From an uncultured Chloroflexia bacterium (GTDB lineage Bacteria; Chloroflexota; Limnocylindria; Limnocylindrales; CSP1-4), in NCBI GenBank assembly GCA_963712585.1, contig CAVQIH010000016.1, positions 140,533 through 204,532 of the forward strand: a DNA stretch of 64,000 bases. The letters run 5' to 3'. The stretch's first letter is position 1. Every line of letters starts with the position of its first letter. Shown one piece after another: positions 1-9,745 of the stretch. Below the pieces are notes generated by a model. The model saw only the letters and a program-made list of their open reading frames with translations. It ran no database searches and was not told where the DNA came from. A program made the position numbers and the translations under genes.

Positions 1-237
1 ATCAACTCCAAGGGCTGCGTGATGTTCTCGCCCGCGCCGGTCGTGGACTACGAGACCTTCAAGGCAAACCAGGACAAGGACCTCGCCCAGCTAGCGTGGC
101 TCTACAACATGAACCGGGGCGTCTACATGACCCCCGGTCGAGAGGAGGAGTGGACACTCTCCGTCCAGCACACGGCTGAGGACGTGGACCGTTACGTCGC
201 CATCTTCGAGGAGATGGCCAGCGACCTGGCGAACTGA
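1..237 (+). CDS. PLP-dependent class-III aminotransferase (glutamate-1-semialdehyde aminomutase-like), C-terminal fragment; gene starts upstream of window
   Basis: Frame 1 is open from base 1 to the stop at 235-237. The tail ...DYETFKANQDKDLAQLAWLYNMNRGVYMTPGREEEWTLSVQHTAEDVDRYVAIFEEM fits the C-terminal small domain of class-III aminotransferases (recognised from memory). Confidence 0.6.
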   Translation: MNSKGCVMFSPAPVVDYETFKANQDKDLAQLAWLYNMNRGVYMTPGREEEWTLSVQHTAEDVDRYVAIFEEMASDLAN

Positions 238-267
238 CGCCGCACGTCAGAGAGGATCGACGTTTCC

Positions 268-1038
268 ATGGCACTCGACAGCAATGCGGTCCGGTCGGTC
301 GATCGGGCGGCTGCGCTCCTGCTCGCGCTCGGTGACAGCCAGGGCTCGGCCGGCGTCACCGAGCTCGCCCGAAGACTCGGGCTGCACAAGTCGACCGCCT
401 CACGCCTGCTGGCGACGCTCCAGCGCCGGGGGCTCGTTGAGCAGGACGACGAGTCGGGCAAGTACCGACTCGGGCTCGTCGTCATCCGGCTGGCCGAGCG
501 GGCCGAGCGGACCCTGGACCTGAGGAGCATCGCCCTGCCCGAGCTCGAGCGTCTGGCTCGCGAAACGCGCGAGACGGGCCGCTTGGGTGTCCTGACCGAC
601 GACGCCGTGCTCACCGTGGTTCAGGTCGACGGGCCGAATCTCGTCGCCTGTCCCGATTGGACCGGCCGGACCTCCCCCCTCCACGCCAGTGCCAGCGGCA
701 AGGTGCTCCTGTCCGCGCTGGCCGAGCGTGACGTCCTTCGGTACGCGCGCAAGGGCCTGCCCGCTCTGACGCCTCGAACCATCGTCGAGCTCGAGCCGCT
801 CATGGAGGAGCTCGCCCGCGTGCGTCGGCGCGGCTATGCCACGGCGTTCGGTGAATGGGACCCCACGATGAATGGCGTGGCCGCCCCCGTCCGCGACGCT
901 CGGGGAACCGTCATCGCCGCGGTCGGGATCCGGGGGGCGGCGTATCGCCTGCCACCGCAGCGCGTCCCCGAGCTGGCGAACCTGGCGGTCGAGGCGGCCG
1001 CCGCGGTCTGCGGGCGGCTCGGCGGCGCTGCGGACTGA
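268..1038 (+). CDS. IclR-family transcriptional regulator
   Basis: N-terminal winged HTH (VTELARRLGLHKSTASRLLATLQRRGLVEQD). C-terminal IclR effector domain (SPLHASASGKVLLSAL ... RRRGYATAFGEWDPTMNGVAAPVRD). Confidence 0.85.
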   Translation: MALDSNAVRSVDRAAALLLALGDSQGSAGVTELARRLGLHKSTASRLLATLQRRGLVEQDDESGKYRLGLVVIRLAERAERTLDLRSIALPELERLARETRETGRLGVLTDDAVLTVVQVDGPNLVACPDWTGRTSPLHASASGKVLLSALAERDVLRYARKGLPALTPRTIVELEPLMEELARVRRRGYATAFGEWDPTMNGVAAPVRDARGTVIAAVGIRGAAYRLPPQRVPELANLAVEAAAAVCGRLGGAAD

Positions 1039-1135
1039 TCGGGCGACGCCCGGTTCCGTGCACCGGCGGCCTGGCACCGGGAGACCCGGGACCTGCGGCG
1101 CATCCCGGGCGGTCCTGCTGCGCTAGGCTGCCCTG

Positions 1136-2077
1136 GTGCAGGACCTCCTCGACCGATTCGATCAGGTCGCCCGCGATCTCGCCCCGGGCGTCGCGGCGCT
1201 GGCCATCCTGGGGCTCGCCGTCTGGCTCGTCTATCACGGCCTGCGCTTCATCCTCCATGGCTTCGTCGTGCGGGCTGGCGAGCCCCTCGCCGAGGAGGGC
1301 CGGGCTGGGGGAGCCGAGCGCGAGCTGCAGACCGGCGAGCGCCGCAAGCGACTGGCGACCCTGGAGACGAGTGTCCTGCGCGCCCTCCGCTGGATCGCCA
1401 TCACCATCGTCGCCCTCGGCGGCGTCCAGCTCCTGGTGCCGTCGTTGGCGCAGACCGTTGGCACCCTCGGCATCGGGCTGCTGGTGGCGCTGGGCGGGGC
1501 GATCGGCTTCGGTGCCCAGCAGGTCGTTCGCGACTACCTGAACGGCGCCCTCATCCTGGCCGAGAACCCGTTCAGCCACGGCGACGTCGTTGCGATCGCG
1601 GGGATCCATGGCACGGTCGAGCTCATCAGCCTGCGCCGGACCCTGGTCCGCGATGCGGACGGCGCGCTCCACTCGGTCCCCAACGGGCAGATCGCGGTTG
1701 CCACCAACTTCACCCGCACCTTCGCCCGGGTCAACGAGCGGATCGTGGTTGCCTACGCCGATGACGTCGAGCGCGCGACCGAGCTCGCCAACGACATCGG
1801 CCATCAGCTGGGGGACGACCCCGACTGGTCATCGCGGATCACGGAGGCTCCGGGCGTTGCCGCCATCGACGCCATCGCCGACTCGGGCATCTCGATCCTG
1901 ATCGTGGGGACGGTCCGGCCGGGCGAGCAATGGGCCGTCGGGGCCGAGCTGCGGCGGCGGCTCATCGCCGCCTTCAACGCGGCCGGCATCGAGCTCGCCT
2001 CGAGCCGTCGCCTCATCCTGGCTCGGCCGGCTCACACTTCGCAGGGCGACGAGGACCTGGGCACCCGGTTCGAATAG
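1136..2077 (+). CDS. Small-conductance mechanosensitive channel (MscS family)
   Basis: GTG start. N-terminal TM helices are followed by the MscS beta-domain pattern LILAENPFSHGDVVAIAGIHGTVELISLRRTLVRDADGALHSVPNGQIAVATNFT. Confidence 0.85.
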   Translation: MQDLLDRFDQVARDLAPGVAALAILGLAVWLVYHGLRFILHGFVVRAGEPLAEEGRAGGAERELQTGERRKRLATLETSVLRALRWIAITIVALGGVQLLVPSLAQTVGTLGIGLLVALGGAIGFGAQQVVRDYLNGALILAENPFSHGDVVAIAGIHGTVELISLRRTLVRDADGALHSVPNGQIAVATNFTRTFARVNERIVVAYADDVERATELANDIGHQLGDDPDWSSRITEAPGVAAIDAIADSGISILIVGTVRPGEQWAVGAELRRRLIAAFNAAGIELASSRRLILARPAHTSQGDEDLGTRFE

Positions 2078-2130
2078 CCGGGCAGCCCCGCCCGCCATCG
2101 GGCAGCCTCGTCCCGCGAGATCGGGCCGCG

Positions 2131-2158
2131 TAGAATGGCGCCCACGCGTCACGTGACG
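2131..2158 (+). promoter_or_regulatory. Candidate acs promoter -10 hexamer (TAGAAT, 2131-2136) followed by a perfect 12-bp palindrome CGTCACGTGACG (2147-2158)
   Basis: Read directly from the sequence. It lies about 45-70 nt upstream of the acs start. No convincing -35 box. Confidence 0.3.
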
Positions 2159-2203
2159 AACTGCGGGGCGTCCCCGCCCGCCGTGCGCAGGGAGGCCGCA
2201 CCG

Positions 2204-4165
2204 TTGTCCGACACGACGACCCGCCCCGAGATCGAGGCGCTCCTGCTCGAGCAGCGGACGTTCCCGCCCGATCCGGCGTTCGTGGCGCAAGCGAATGCGA
2301 CTGCCGCCCTGTACGAGGAGGCGGAGCACGACTTCGAGGCGTTCTGGGGGCGGCTGGCGCACGAGCGCCTCTCCTGGTTCACGCCGTTCCAGACGACCCT
2401 CGAATGGGATCTCCCGTTCGCCCGCTGGTTCACGGGCGGGGAGCTCAACGTGGCCTACAACTGCGTCGACCGCCACGTGGAGCGCGGCCTCGGCGAGAAG
2501 GTCGCCTACCACTGGATCGGGGAGCCCGGCGAGACCCGCACGATCACCTATCGCGACCTCCAGCGCGACGTCAACCGCTGCGCCAACGCCTTGCGCCAGC
2601 TGGGCATCCACAAGGGCGACCGCGTCGCCATCTACATGCCGATGATCCCCGAGCTTCCGGTTGCCATGCTCGCCTGCGCCAAGCTCGGCGCTGCCCACAC
2701 CGTCGTGTTCGGCGGCTTCTCGGCGGAGGCGCTGGCCGGGCGCATCAACGACGCCCAGGCGAAGGTCCTGATCACGGCCGACGGGGGCTGGCGGCGCGGC
2801 AAGAAGGTCGGCCTCAAGCACCATGCCGACGAGGCACTGGTCGACACCCCTTCGATCGAGCACGTCATCGTCGTGAATCGCCTGCGCGACGGCTGCCACA
2901 TGGTCGAGGGCCGGGACCACTGGTGGGGCGAGTTCGTGGCCAGCCAGTCCGACGAGTGCGCTCCCGTGCCGGTCGAGTCGGAGCAGATGCTGTACCTGCT
3001 CTACACCTCGGGCACGACCGCCAAGCCCAAAGGGATCATCCACACCAGCGCCGGCTACCTCTTGGGTGCCTCGTACACCCACGAGATGGTCTTCGACGTC
3101 AAGCCCGACGACGTCTACTGGTGTGCGGCGGACATCGGCTGGGTGACCGGCCACAGCTACATCGTCTACGGGCCGCTGGCGAACGCCTCGACCGGCATTC
3201 TCTACGAGGGTGCACCGGACGCGCCATCCTGGGACCGCTGGTGGGAGATCGTCGAGCAGTACAAGGTGTCGATCCTGTACTGCGCCCCCACCGCGATTCG
3301 GGCGTTCATGAAGCAGGGCGAGGAGTACCCGGCGCGTCACGATCTCTCTTCGCTGCGGCTCCTGGGCTCGGTCGGCGAGCCCATCAACCCCGAGGCGTGG
3401 CTCTGGTACCACGCCAACATCGGCCGTGGGCAGGCGCCCATCGTGGATACCTGGTGGCAGACCGAGACCGGGATGATCCTCATCACGCCGTTGCCGGGCG
3501 TGACGACCACCAAGCCCGGCTCGGCCACCTTCCCGTTCCCCGGGATCGCGGCCGACGTGGTCGACGCCGACGGCACGTCGGTGCCGCCGGGTGGCGGCGG
3601 CTACCTGGTGCTCACGCGACCCTGGCCCTCGATGCTGCGCGGGATCTACGGCGATCCGGAGCGCTACCGGCAGACCTACTGGAGCCGCTTCCCAGGGATG
3701 TACTTCGCCGGCGACGGGGCCAAGCGTGACGAGGACGGCTACCTCTGGCTGCTCGGGCGGGTCGACGACGTGATGAACGTGGCCGGCCACCGGCTCAGCA
3801 CCATCGAGGTCGAATCGGCCCTCGTCGACCACCGCTCGGTGGCGGAAGCCGCCGTCGTCGGCAAGAGCGACGAGGTGAGCGGGCAGGCGATCTTCGCCTT
3901 CGTCATCCTCAAGGCGGGCCAGGAGCCTTCCGACGCCCTCGCCCTCCAGCTGCGCGAGCACGTGGCCTACGTCATCGGCCCGATCGCCCGCCCCAAGTAC
4001 CTCCTCTTCACCCCGGATCTGCCCAAGACGCGTTCGGGCAAGATCATGCGCCGCCTCCTCCGCGACATCGCCGAGGGGCGAGCCCTCGGCGACACGACCA
4101 CGCTGGCTGACGCAACGGTGGTGGACGCGATCCGCGAGAATACAGGGAAGGCCGAGGAGGACTGA
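2204..4165 (+). CDS. acs: Acetyl-CoA synthetase (AMP-forming)
   Basis: TTG at 2204 is preceded by AGGGAGG (2189-2195); the longest ORF starts at 2135. Motifs: [68 protein letters not shown]. Confidence 0.95.
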   Translation: MSDTTTRPEIEALLLEQRTFPPDPAFVAQANATAALYEEAEHDFEAFWGRLAHERLSWFTPFQTTLEWDLPFARWFTGGELNVAYNCVDRHVERGLGEKVAYHWIGEPGETRTITYRDLQRDVNRCANALRQLGIHKGDRVAIYMPMIPELPVAMLACAKLGAAHTVVFGGFSAEALAGRINDAQAKVLITADGGWRRGKKVGLKHHADEALVDTPSIEHVIVVNRLRDGCHMVEGRDHWWGEFVASQSDECAPVPVESEQMLYLLYTSGTTAKPKGIIHTSAGYLLGASYTHEMVFDVKPDDVYWCAADIGWVTGHSYIVYGPLANASTGILYEGAPDAPSWDRWWEIVEQYKVSILYCAPTAIRAFMKQGEEYPARHDLSSLRLLGSVGEPINPEAWLWYHANIGRGQAPIVDTWWQTETGMILITPLPGVTTTKPGSATFPFPGIAADVVDADGTSVPPGGGGYLVLTRPWPSMLRGIYGDPERYRQTYWSRFPGMYFAGDGAKRDEDGYLWLLGRVDDVMNVAGHRLSTIEVESALVDHRSVAEAAVVGKSDEVSGQAIFAFVILKAGQEPSDALALQLREHVAYVIGPIARPKYLLFTPDLPKTRSGKIMRRLLRDIAEGRALGDTTTLADATVVDAIRENTGKAEED

Positions 4166-4169
4166 CCCG

Positions 4170-4853
4170 GTGCCGTTCAACCCCTTCCGCCGCCGTCCGG
4201 GCGATCACGAGCCGGAGACGACCGTGCCCGCTCCGGAGGGGAGCGATCAATCGACCCAGCCCACCCATCTCCACGAGGGCCATCGGATCGGCGTCCACTT
4301 CGACGGGCTGACCGAGGACTGGCGGATCCGCGCGATGATGGACATCGACGGCCGGCTCTCCGACGTGCTCAACCATCGCGAGGCGATTGCGATCTCGGAG
4401 GTCACCTGGGCACCGATCGATGGCTCGGAGCCGTTCGAAGAAGCGCCGGGCCTCAAGAGCATCGATCCGTACGACCTCGTCGTTGTGCTCGCAGGGGAGG
4501 GGACGCTCCCCCAGCGCACGAACGAGGAACAGGCGGCCCACCGCATCTACAAGGTCTTCTACGACGTGGACCTGGACCTCAGCCCCTTTCGGGTGGTGGG
4601 CACGATCCACATGTTCCCGGGCTCCGAGCCGGGCCGGCTGCTCGACCGGGCCACCGAGCTCTTCGTGCCGGTGACCGACGCGACCGCCCTCTTGGCAGGC
4701 ACCGTCATCAACCCGCCGGACATCCCGGTCGTGCTCGTCAACCGCTCGTACCTGCGGGCGATCGGCCCGTATGAGCGGCGACTCGGCGTGGCGGGAGCGG
4801 AGGCATCGGGCTCGGCCTCCGAGCCTCAGCCGAGCGAGGGCCAGACCGGCTAG
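4170..4853 (+). CDS. Hypothetical protein, probably co-transcribed with acs
   Basis: GTG start 5 nt after the acs stop. The 227-aa translation has a balanced, protein-like composition. I recognise no domain. Confidence 0.5.
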   Translation: MPFNPFRRRPGDHEPETTVPAPEGSDQSTQPTHLHEGHRIGVHFDGLTEDWRIRAMMDIDGRLSDVLNHREAIAISEVTWAPIDGSEPFEEAPGLKSIDPYDLVVVLAGEGTLPQRTNEEQAAHRIYKVFYDVDLDLSPFRVVGTIHMFPGSEPGRLLDRATELFVPVTDATALLAGTVINPPDIPVVLVNRSYLRAIGPYERRLGVAGAEASGSASEPQPSEGQTG

Positions 4854-6094
4854 GTCCGGGCGACGGCCTTGGGGCGTCCGAAGAGGCCGCGCTTGGCGGG
4901 CTTCGCCCGATCTCTGGCTTCCGGGGGATCGTGCGGCAGGGCGAGGCGATCCGCGAGCGCCTCGAAGTCCTCGGTGACCTTCTCGCGAGGGAACCGTTCG
5001 ATGACCGTCCGGCCTTCGTTCGAGGCCCGCACGAAGAGCATCCCCGCCGAGCGAATCTGACCGATCGCCGGCAGCCCGATCGTCCGCTCCATGTCGGCGA
5101 CCGAGACGCCGCTGTTGGCCCGGTTGATGACGAGCTCGAGGCGGTCGCGCAGCCCGAGCTCTTCGGCGACTTCGAGGAGCTGGACCGCGGCACGGATGGC
5201 GGGGAGGTCCGGAGTCACCGGCATGAGGATGCGGTCTGCGATCGCCAGAATCGCCCGGTTGAGCGGGTCGTAATCCGGGTGAAGGTCGACGACGACGACC
5301 TCGAAACTCCGGCGCCACAGGGTCATCGTGTCGGCGACGCGGGCGGGGTCGAGGATGGCGGTCCGCAACGGATCTGCCGATAGGACGGCGACCCGCATCC
5401 CGCTTGGATGAGCTGCCGCGAGCTCCTCGATCGATTCGGCATCGCCGCCCTCGGTCTCGTCACGGAGCGCGTCGGCGAGGGTATGGACCTGGTCCACGCC
5501 GAGTGAGATGGCGAGGTGACCTGAGACGACATCCGCGTCGACGAGGAGGACCCGCCGGCCGCGACGGAGCTGGAAGCTGGCGGCGACGTTCGCGGCGATC
5601 GTTGTCTTGCCAACTCCACCCTTCGGATTGAAGACCGCGATGATCGGACCGCCCGGATCCCACGCCGGTAGGGCGACGGTCCCGGTCCGGAGGATCGCCC
5701 CGGAGCCGGGCTCCGCCACGCCGACCTGGGCGCGGATGAGCATCGCCTCGACCTGCCAGCGGACCGACTCGGGCGAGTAGGGTCGGGTGATGTACTCGTC
5801 ACCCACGCCGGCCCCGGAGGTCCCCAGAAGGCCGATTGCGCTCGGTGCCACGACGATCAGGGCGGGGATCGCGCGGCCCCCCTCGCGAAGCAGCGAGTAG
5901 AGCTCCAAGGCCGTGTCGAGGTCGCCTTCCGCATCAAGAATGGCGACCCCGATCGAATCGCCCCTGGCGAGGACGGCCGCGAGTTCCTCGGCTCCGTCGA
6001 CCGCGACCATCTCGTAGTCGCCCGCGGCAAGGGCGGCCTCGAGCGGCGCGCGCTCCTCGACTGGGACCGCTACGACGACCGTGGATCGGGCCAT
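4850..6094 (-). CDS. ParA/MinD-family ATPase with N-terminal receiver-like domain (CpaE/TadZ/Ssd-like architecture)
   Basis: Deviant Walker A NPKGGVGKTTIAANVA. LLVDADVVSGH and VVVDLHPDY segments. N-terminal ~120 aa is REC-like (VAILDAEGD ... ITRPY) but lacks the usual acidic pair. Confidence 0.8.
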   Translation of the reverse strand: MARSTVVVAVPVEERAPLEAALAAGDYEMVAVDGAEELAAVLARGDSIGVAILDAEGDLDTALELYSLLREGGRAIPALIVVAPSAIGLLGTSGAGVGDEYITRPYSPESVRWQVEAMLIRAQVGVAEPGSGAILRTGTVALPAWDPGGPIIAVFNPKGGVGKTTIAANVAASFQLRRGRRVLLVDADVVSGHLAISLGVDQVHTLADALRDETEGGDAESIEELAAAHPSGMRVAVLSADPLRTAILDPARVADTMTLWRRSFEVVVVDLHPDYDPLNRAILAIADRILMPVTPDLPAIRAAVQLLEVAEELGLRDRLELVINRANSGVSVADMERTIGLPAIGQIRSAGMLFVRASNEGRTVIERFPREKVTEDFEALADRLALPHDPPEARDRAKPAKRGLFGRPKAVART

Positions 6095-6141
6095 GACGCT
6101 GTCTCTCGCTTCACCGGCAGAGGTTGGATGCGGAGGTTGGA

Positions 6142-7542
6142 TCAGGACTCAGGATCGCGGGCGGTGACCTCGATGACGTCGTCGCTCACCCGCCCCACCT
6201 TCGCACCGAAACCGGACAGGCCGCTCACCACGCCGGGAAGGTCGACCTCCGGCGCGTGTCGGACGGTGAAGACGAACTCGCCTTCGGGACCCGACGAGAC
6301 GGCCACGGTCTGGACACCGTCGAGTCGCCCGAGCTGGCGCTTGAAGCTGGCGATGCTGGCGACGCTCGTCAGGCCGACCACCACCACCTGGGTGGTCGGG
6401 AACGTGCCGTCGGTCGGGGCGTGGGCGCCGTGGGCCGCCGTCTGACCGGGCACCAGACCCGCCAGGCGCGCAGCCAGGGACTCCTCGCCGATATCGGTCA
6501 GCCCGTCGGTCGTCTCGGCGGCGTCCGCGGCCGCGGCGGCCTCGGCGTCGGCGAAGTCGGGGGCCAGGGCAAGGGCCGCCAGGCGCGGATCCTCGTCCGC
6601 GGTCGGCTCGGCCTCGGACGGGACGGCTGCGGCCTCGGCCGTCGGAGACTCAGGCGTAGCTGCGTCCTCGGGAGCGGTGTCTGCGACGACCGGCTCGTCC
6701 CCGGCGGCAGCCTCAAGCGGGGCGCCGGATTTGGTCGCCGCTTCCGCGACGGCCTCGGCGGGCTCGGCGGTCATCTCGACCGGCTCGGTCTCGTTCAGAG
6801 CGGGGGCATGGCGGGCCGCCACCTCGGGGAAGATCCCGAGCTCGAAGGGTGGAGGCTCCGGCAGGCTAGCGGCCAAGGCCGCGAACTGGGAAGGATCCTC
6901 CTCGGTAATCAGCGACGCGTAGAAGCGGTCCATCTCGGTCTCGAACCTGGCGACCTGAGCATGAACGCTCTCGATCTCGTGCTCGATCTGGGCAGCACGC
7001 TCCTCGAGCTCGACTTCGAGGCGAGCCTTACGGCCGGTGATCCGTCGCTCGGTTTCCTCGCGGACCCTGGCGATCTCGGCCTTGGACCAGTCTCGGATCC
7101 CGGCGACGTCATCCTCGGCGCGCTTCTTGAGATCGGTCGAGTCCGTGGCGGAGCGGCTGTGGATCTCCTCGACCACGTCATGGGCCTCGGCCCGGAACTG
7201 ATCGAGGGTCGCCGTCCGAGCGGTCTCGGCGGCGGCGTGCATGGCCTTCGTGATCTCGACGAGGAAGCGAGTGGACCGTCGCTGGCCGGCCGCCTTGGCC
7301 GGTTCGGCGGGGGCCGTTCCCGGGCCCGAGGCAGGGAGCACCGCGGTGGTCGGGGTGCTGTCGGCCGCCGTCGCATCGAGGGCTTCATCGGCCCCCACCG
7401 TCGGGGCCTCCTGGTTCGTCCCAGGATCGTCCTGAGGACTGCCGGCCGACTCGTCGGTCTCGGACGGTTGTGCGACCGCGCTCGACCGCCGGTCTGAGCT
7501 CCAGGGGAGCCTGAAGCCGGTCTTCGGTTCGGTGGTGTCCAT
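6142..7542 (-). CDS. Ala/Glu/Pro-rich coiled-coil protein with compact C-terminal domain, function unknown
   Basis: ATG at 7542 is preceded by AGGAAGG; the longest ORF runs to 7731. Central heptad-like region AEIARVREETERRITGRKARLEVELEERAAQIEHEIESVHAQVARFETEMDRF. C-terminal ~85 aa is alpha/beta-like (VVVVGLTSVASIASFKRQLGRLDGVQTVAV...). Confidence 0.6.
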   Translation of the reverse strand: MDTTEPKTGFRLPWSSDRRSSAVAQPSETDESAGSPQDDPGTNQEAPTVGADEALDATAADSTPTTAVLPASGPGTAPAEPAKAAGQRRSTRFLVEITKAMHAAAETARTATLDQFRAEAHDVVEEIHSRSATDSTDLKKRAEDDVAGIRDWSKAEIARVREETERRITGRKARLEVELEERAAQIEHEIESVHAQVARFETEMDRFYASLITEEDPSQFAALAASLPEPPPFELGIFPEVAARHAPALNETEPVEMTAEPAEAVAEAATKSGAPLEAAAGDEPVVADTAPEDAATPESPTAEAAAVPSEAEPTADEDPRLAALALAPDFADAEAAAAADAAETTDGLTDIGEESLAARLAGLVPGQTAAHGAHAPTDGTFPTTQVVVVGLTSVASIASFKRQLGRLDGVQTVAVSSGPEGEFVFTVRHAPEVDLPGVVSGLSGFGAKVGRVSDDVIEVTARDPES

Positions 7543-7757
7543 GTCGCTGGTACCTTCCTGAGATTGGCCGCCCGGCGTGGGGGACGCGATCCGATCATGC
7601 GATCTCGTGGTGCCAGCAGGCACCCCGCCGGAGGTACCAACGAGGTGGTCCAGTGGTACCGGCGCCGGGCTCGAAGGCGGCCACCCGGCCGCATGCCCCG
7701 GTGGCCGCCGATTCGCCACGGCCGCTACCATTGCCCGACCATGCAGGAAGCGACCGC

Positions 7758-8804
7758 ATGACCATCCCGGGCACGTCCCCGACGGAGCGGGCCGATACGC
7801 TACCGGCGGATCGGCTCGGCCGGCGGATGCACGACCTGCGGATCTCGGTCACCGACCGCTGCAACTTCCGCTGCGTCTACTGCATGCCCCGGGAGGTCTT
7901 CGGGCGGGACTTCGCGTTTCTGGCGCGCGGCGAGATCCTCTCCTTCGAGGAAACGGTCCGCCTCGCCCGCGTCTTCGTCTCGCTGGGGGTCGAGAAGATC
8001 CGCATCACCGGTGGTGAACCGCTGGTCCGGCGCGACCTGCCCGTCCTGGTGCGCTTGCTGTCGGAGATCGAGGGGATCCGCGACCTGACTCTGACCACGA
8101 ATGGCTCGGCCCTGCGGGCGCTGGCCGTCTCCCTCCGTGAGGCTGGCCTGCGGCGGGTCACCGTCAGCCTGGATTCGCTCGATGAGGAGACCTTCGCGCG
8201 GATGAACGGGGTCGACTTCCCGGTCGCCCGCGTCCTCGATGGCATCACCGCCGCTCGGGAAGCCGGCCTCACCCCCTTGAAGGTCAACACGGTGGTCCGG
8301 CGCGGCCTCAACGAGTCGAGCGTGCTGCCGCTGGCGCGTTGGGCCCGGGCCGAGGGCCTGATCTTGCGCTTCATCGAGTACATGGACGTCGGTCACTCCA
8401 ACGGCTGGCGGCTCGATGACGTCGTCCCGGCCGCCGAGATCCTGGGCGCGATCGACGTCGAGATGCCGCTCGAGCCGGTCCCTCCGAGTTACCCGGGCGA
8501 GGTCGCCGATCGCTGGCGCTATCGGGACGGGAGCGGCGAGGTCGGGGCAATTGCGTCGGTGACGCGGCCGTTCTGCGGGTCCTGCACCCGCAGCCGGCTG
8601 TCCGCGGACGGGTCGCTCTACACGTGCCTCTTCGCGACCCAGGGGATGGATCTCAAGACGCCGCTCCGGGAGGGAGCTTCGGATGAGGAGCTGCGAGCGA
8701 TCGTGACAGCGGTCTGGCGTGAGCGGGCCGACCGCTACTCGGAACTCCGTTCGGCGGCCACGACTCGGCTTCCAAGAGTCGAGATGTTCGCCATCGGGGG
8801 CTGA
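7758..8804 (+). CDS. moaA: GTP 3',8-cyclase (molybdenum cofactor biosynthesis protein A)
   Basis: Radical-SAM motif CNFRCVYCMP. GGEPLVRRDL. C-terminal auxiliary cluster FCGSCTRSRLSADGSLYTCLF. ATG at 7758 lies within the longer ORF 7653-8804. Confidence 0.9.
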   Translation: MTIPGTSPTERADTLPADRLGRRMHDLRISVTDRCNFRCVYCMPREVFGRDFAFLARGEILSFEETVRLARVFVSLGVEKIRITGGEPLVRRDLPVLVRLLSEIEGIRDLTLTTNGSALRALAVSLREAGLRRVTVSLDSLDEETFARMNGVDFPVARVLDGITAAREAGLTPLKVNTVVRRGLNESSVLPLARWARAEGLILRFIEYMDVGHSNGWRLDDVVPAAEILGAIDVEMPLEPVPPSYPGEVADRWRYRDGSGEVGAIASVTRPFCGSCTRSRLSADGSLYTCLFATQGMDLKTPLREGASDEELRAIVTAVWRERADRYSELRSAATTRLPRVEMFAIGG

Positions 8805-8953
8805 GCTCTCGCTGCGGCAGGGGCCTCTCGGGCAGGAATCGAGATCTCCTCTGTTGCGCACGGTTGACAGGGACGTATCCTTGCGTCTGCGTCCGGCTGG
8901 ACGCTCGCGCCGGTGCGGTGCGATCGGACGGGGGACAGGGAGGAAGACCGCGC

Positions 8954-9649
8954 ATGGAACCGACGGGCCAGCCAGAACCCGGGGCGCCACCGCCCACCAC
9001 GCCGCCCCCGCCGCCAGCCGGCGCGCCGCCCTCGGCCCCGCCGCCCCCCATGTCGGGGCTTCCGAGCTGGACGGCGAACATCACCTCGACGGTCCCGGTC
9101 GCCGGGCCGGCCGGGCTCTACTACGCCGATGTGCCGAATCGCATCATCGCCATCATCATCGATGGCGTCATCCTGGGGATCGCGAACTACGTCCTCCAGA
9201 TCATCGTCTTCGCCGTCTTCGGGACGAGCATCCTGGGGATCACGGTCTCCGTCAGCTTCATCGGCTTGCTGGTCCTGCTCGCTGCGCAGCTGGCCGTCTC
9301 CATCGCGTACTTCACCTACATGTGGAGCGCCATGCGCGCGACGATCGGCATGCGGGTCTTGACGATGCAGATCGGGGACGCCTCCGACGGGCACACGATT
9401 ACCTACATGCAGGCGCTCCAGCGCGCGGCGGCCCTGTGGGGGCCGACGACGATCGGCCAGTTCCTCATCTTGGCCGGGAGCTGGCTGTTCAGCGGAGCCG
9501 GCGCCGTCATGTCGCTGGCCGGCCTCGTCATCGCCATCGGCTGGCCGCTCTACCTCCTCATGACCACCGCCCAGAGCCCGACCAAGCAGGGCTTCCACGA
9601 TGTATTCGCCCACACCATGGTCGTCAAGGCGGCTCGCTCAGTCGCCTGA
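8954..9649 (+). CDS. RDD-family membrane protein with Pro-rich N-terminus
   Basis: ATG at 8954 is preceded by GGGAGGAAG. PPPP-rich N-terminus, then RIIAIIIDGVILGIANYVL ... and multiple TM helices typical of RDD proteins. Confidence 0.75.
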   Translation: MEPTGQPEPGAPPPTTPPPPPAGAPPSAPPPPMSGLPSWTANITSTVPVAGPAGLYYADVPNRIIAIIIDGVILGIANYVLQIIVFAVFGTSILGITVSVSFIGLLVLLAAQLAVSIAYFTYMWSAMRATIGMRVLTMQIGDASDGHTITYMQALQRAAALWGPTTIGQFLILAGSWLFSGAGAVMSLAGLVIAIGWPLYLLMTTAQSPTKQGFHDVFAHTMVVKAARSVA

Positions 9650-9667
9650 CCCTCACTCGGGCATTCG

Positions 9668-9699
9668 GAGGGGCCCCGTCCTCGAGGACGGGGCCCCTC
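9668..9699 (+). terminator. Perfect GC-rich hairpin downstream of the RDD gene
   Basis: GAGGGGCCCCGTCC-TCGA-GGACGGGGCCCCTC, a 14-bp stem with a 4-nt loop, 19 nt after the stop. It is followed by CGCTTGTTG (only a weak T tract). Confidence 0.5.
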
Positions 9700-9745
9700 G
9701 CTTGTTGGGGGAGGTTGGCGCCTCGGTCGGCCGGGGCGGTGCCAG

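Noticed and set aside
1829-4180. 783-aa ORF antisense to acs. Similar long antisense or overlapping ORFs include 911-1804(-), 6124-7497(+), 12776-14041(+), 38521-39978(+), 49363-51192(+), 50117-51328(-) and 60428-61378 (5' part).
   Set aside because: The translations are Arg/Gly/Pro/Asp-rich and low in complexity, as expected for stop-poor non-coding frames in 70% GC DNA. In each case the opposite or alternative frame encodes a well-recognised protein.
4850-4853. CTAG where the stop codons of the convergent genes 4170-4853(+) and 4850-6094(-) overlap
   Set aside because: A 4-bp convergent overlap is a common consequence of compact genomes. Nothing suggests a functional element.
7543-7757. 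Possible Moco (molybdenum cofactor) riboswitch in the 216-bp divergent spacer upstream of moaA
   Set aside because: I could not find the conserved Moco-motif elements I remember (the GCCUCC...GGAAAGG-type core). The spacer must also hold the divergent promoter and RBS of the coiled-coil gene. This would need cmscan with RF01055 to revisit.
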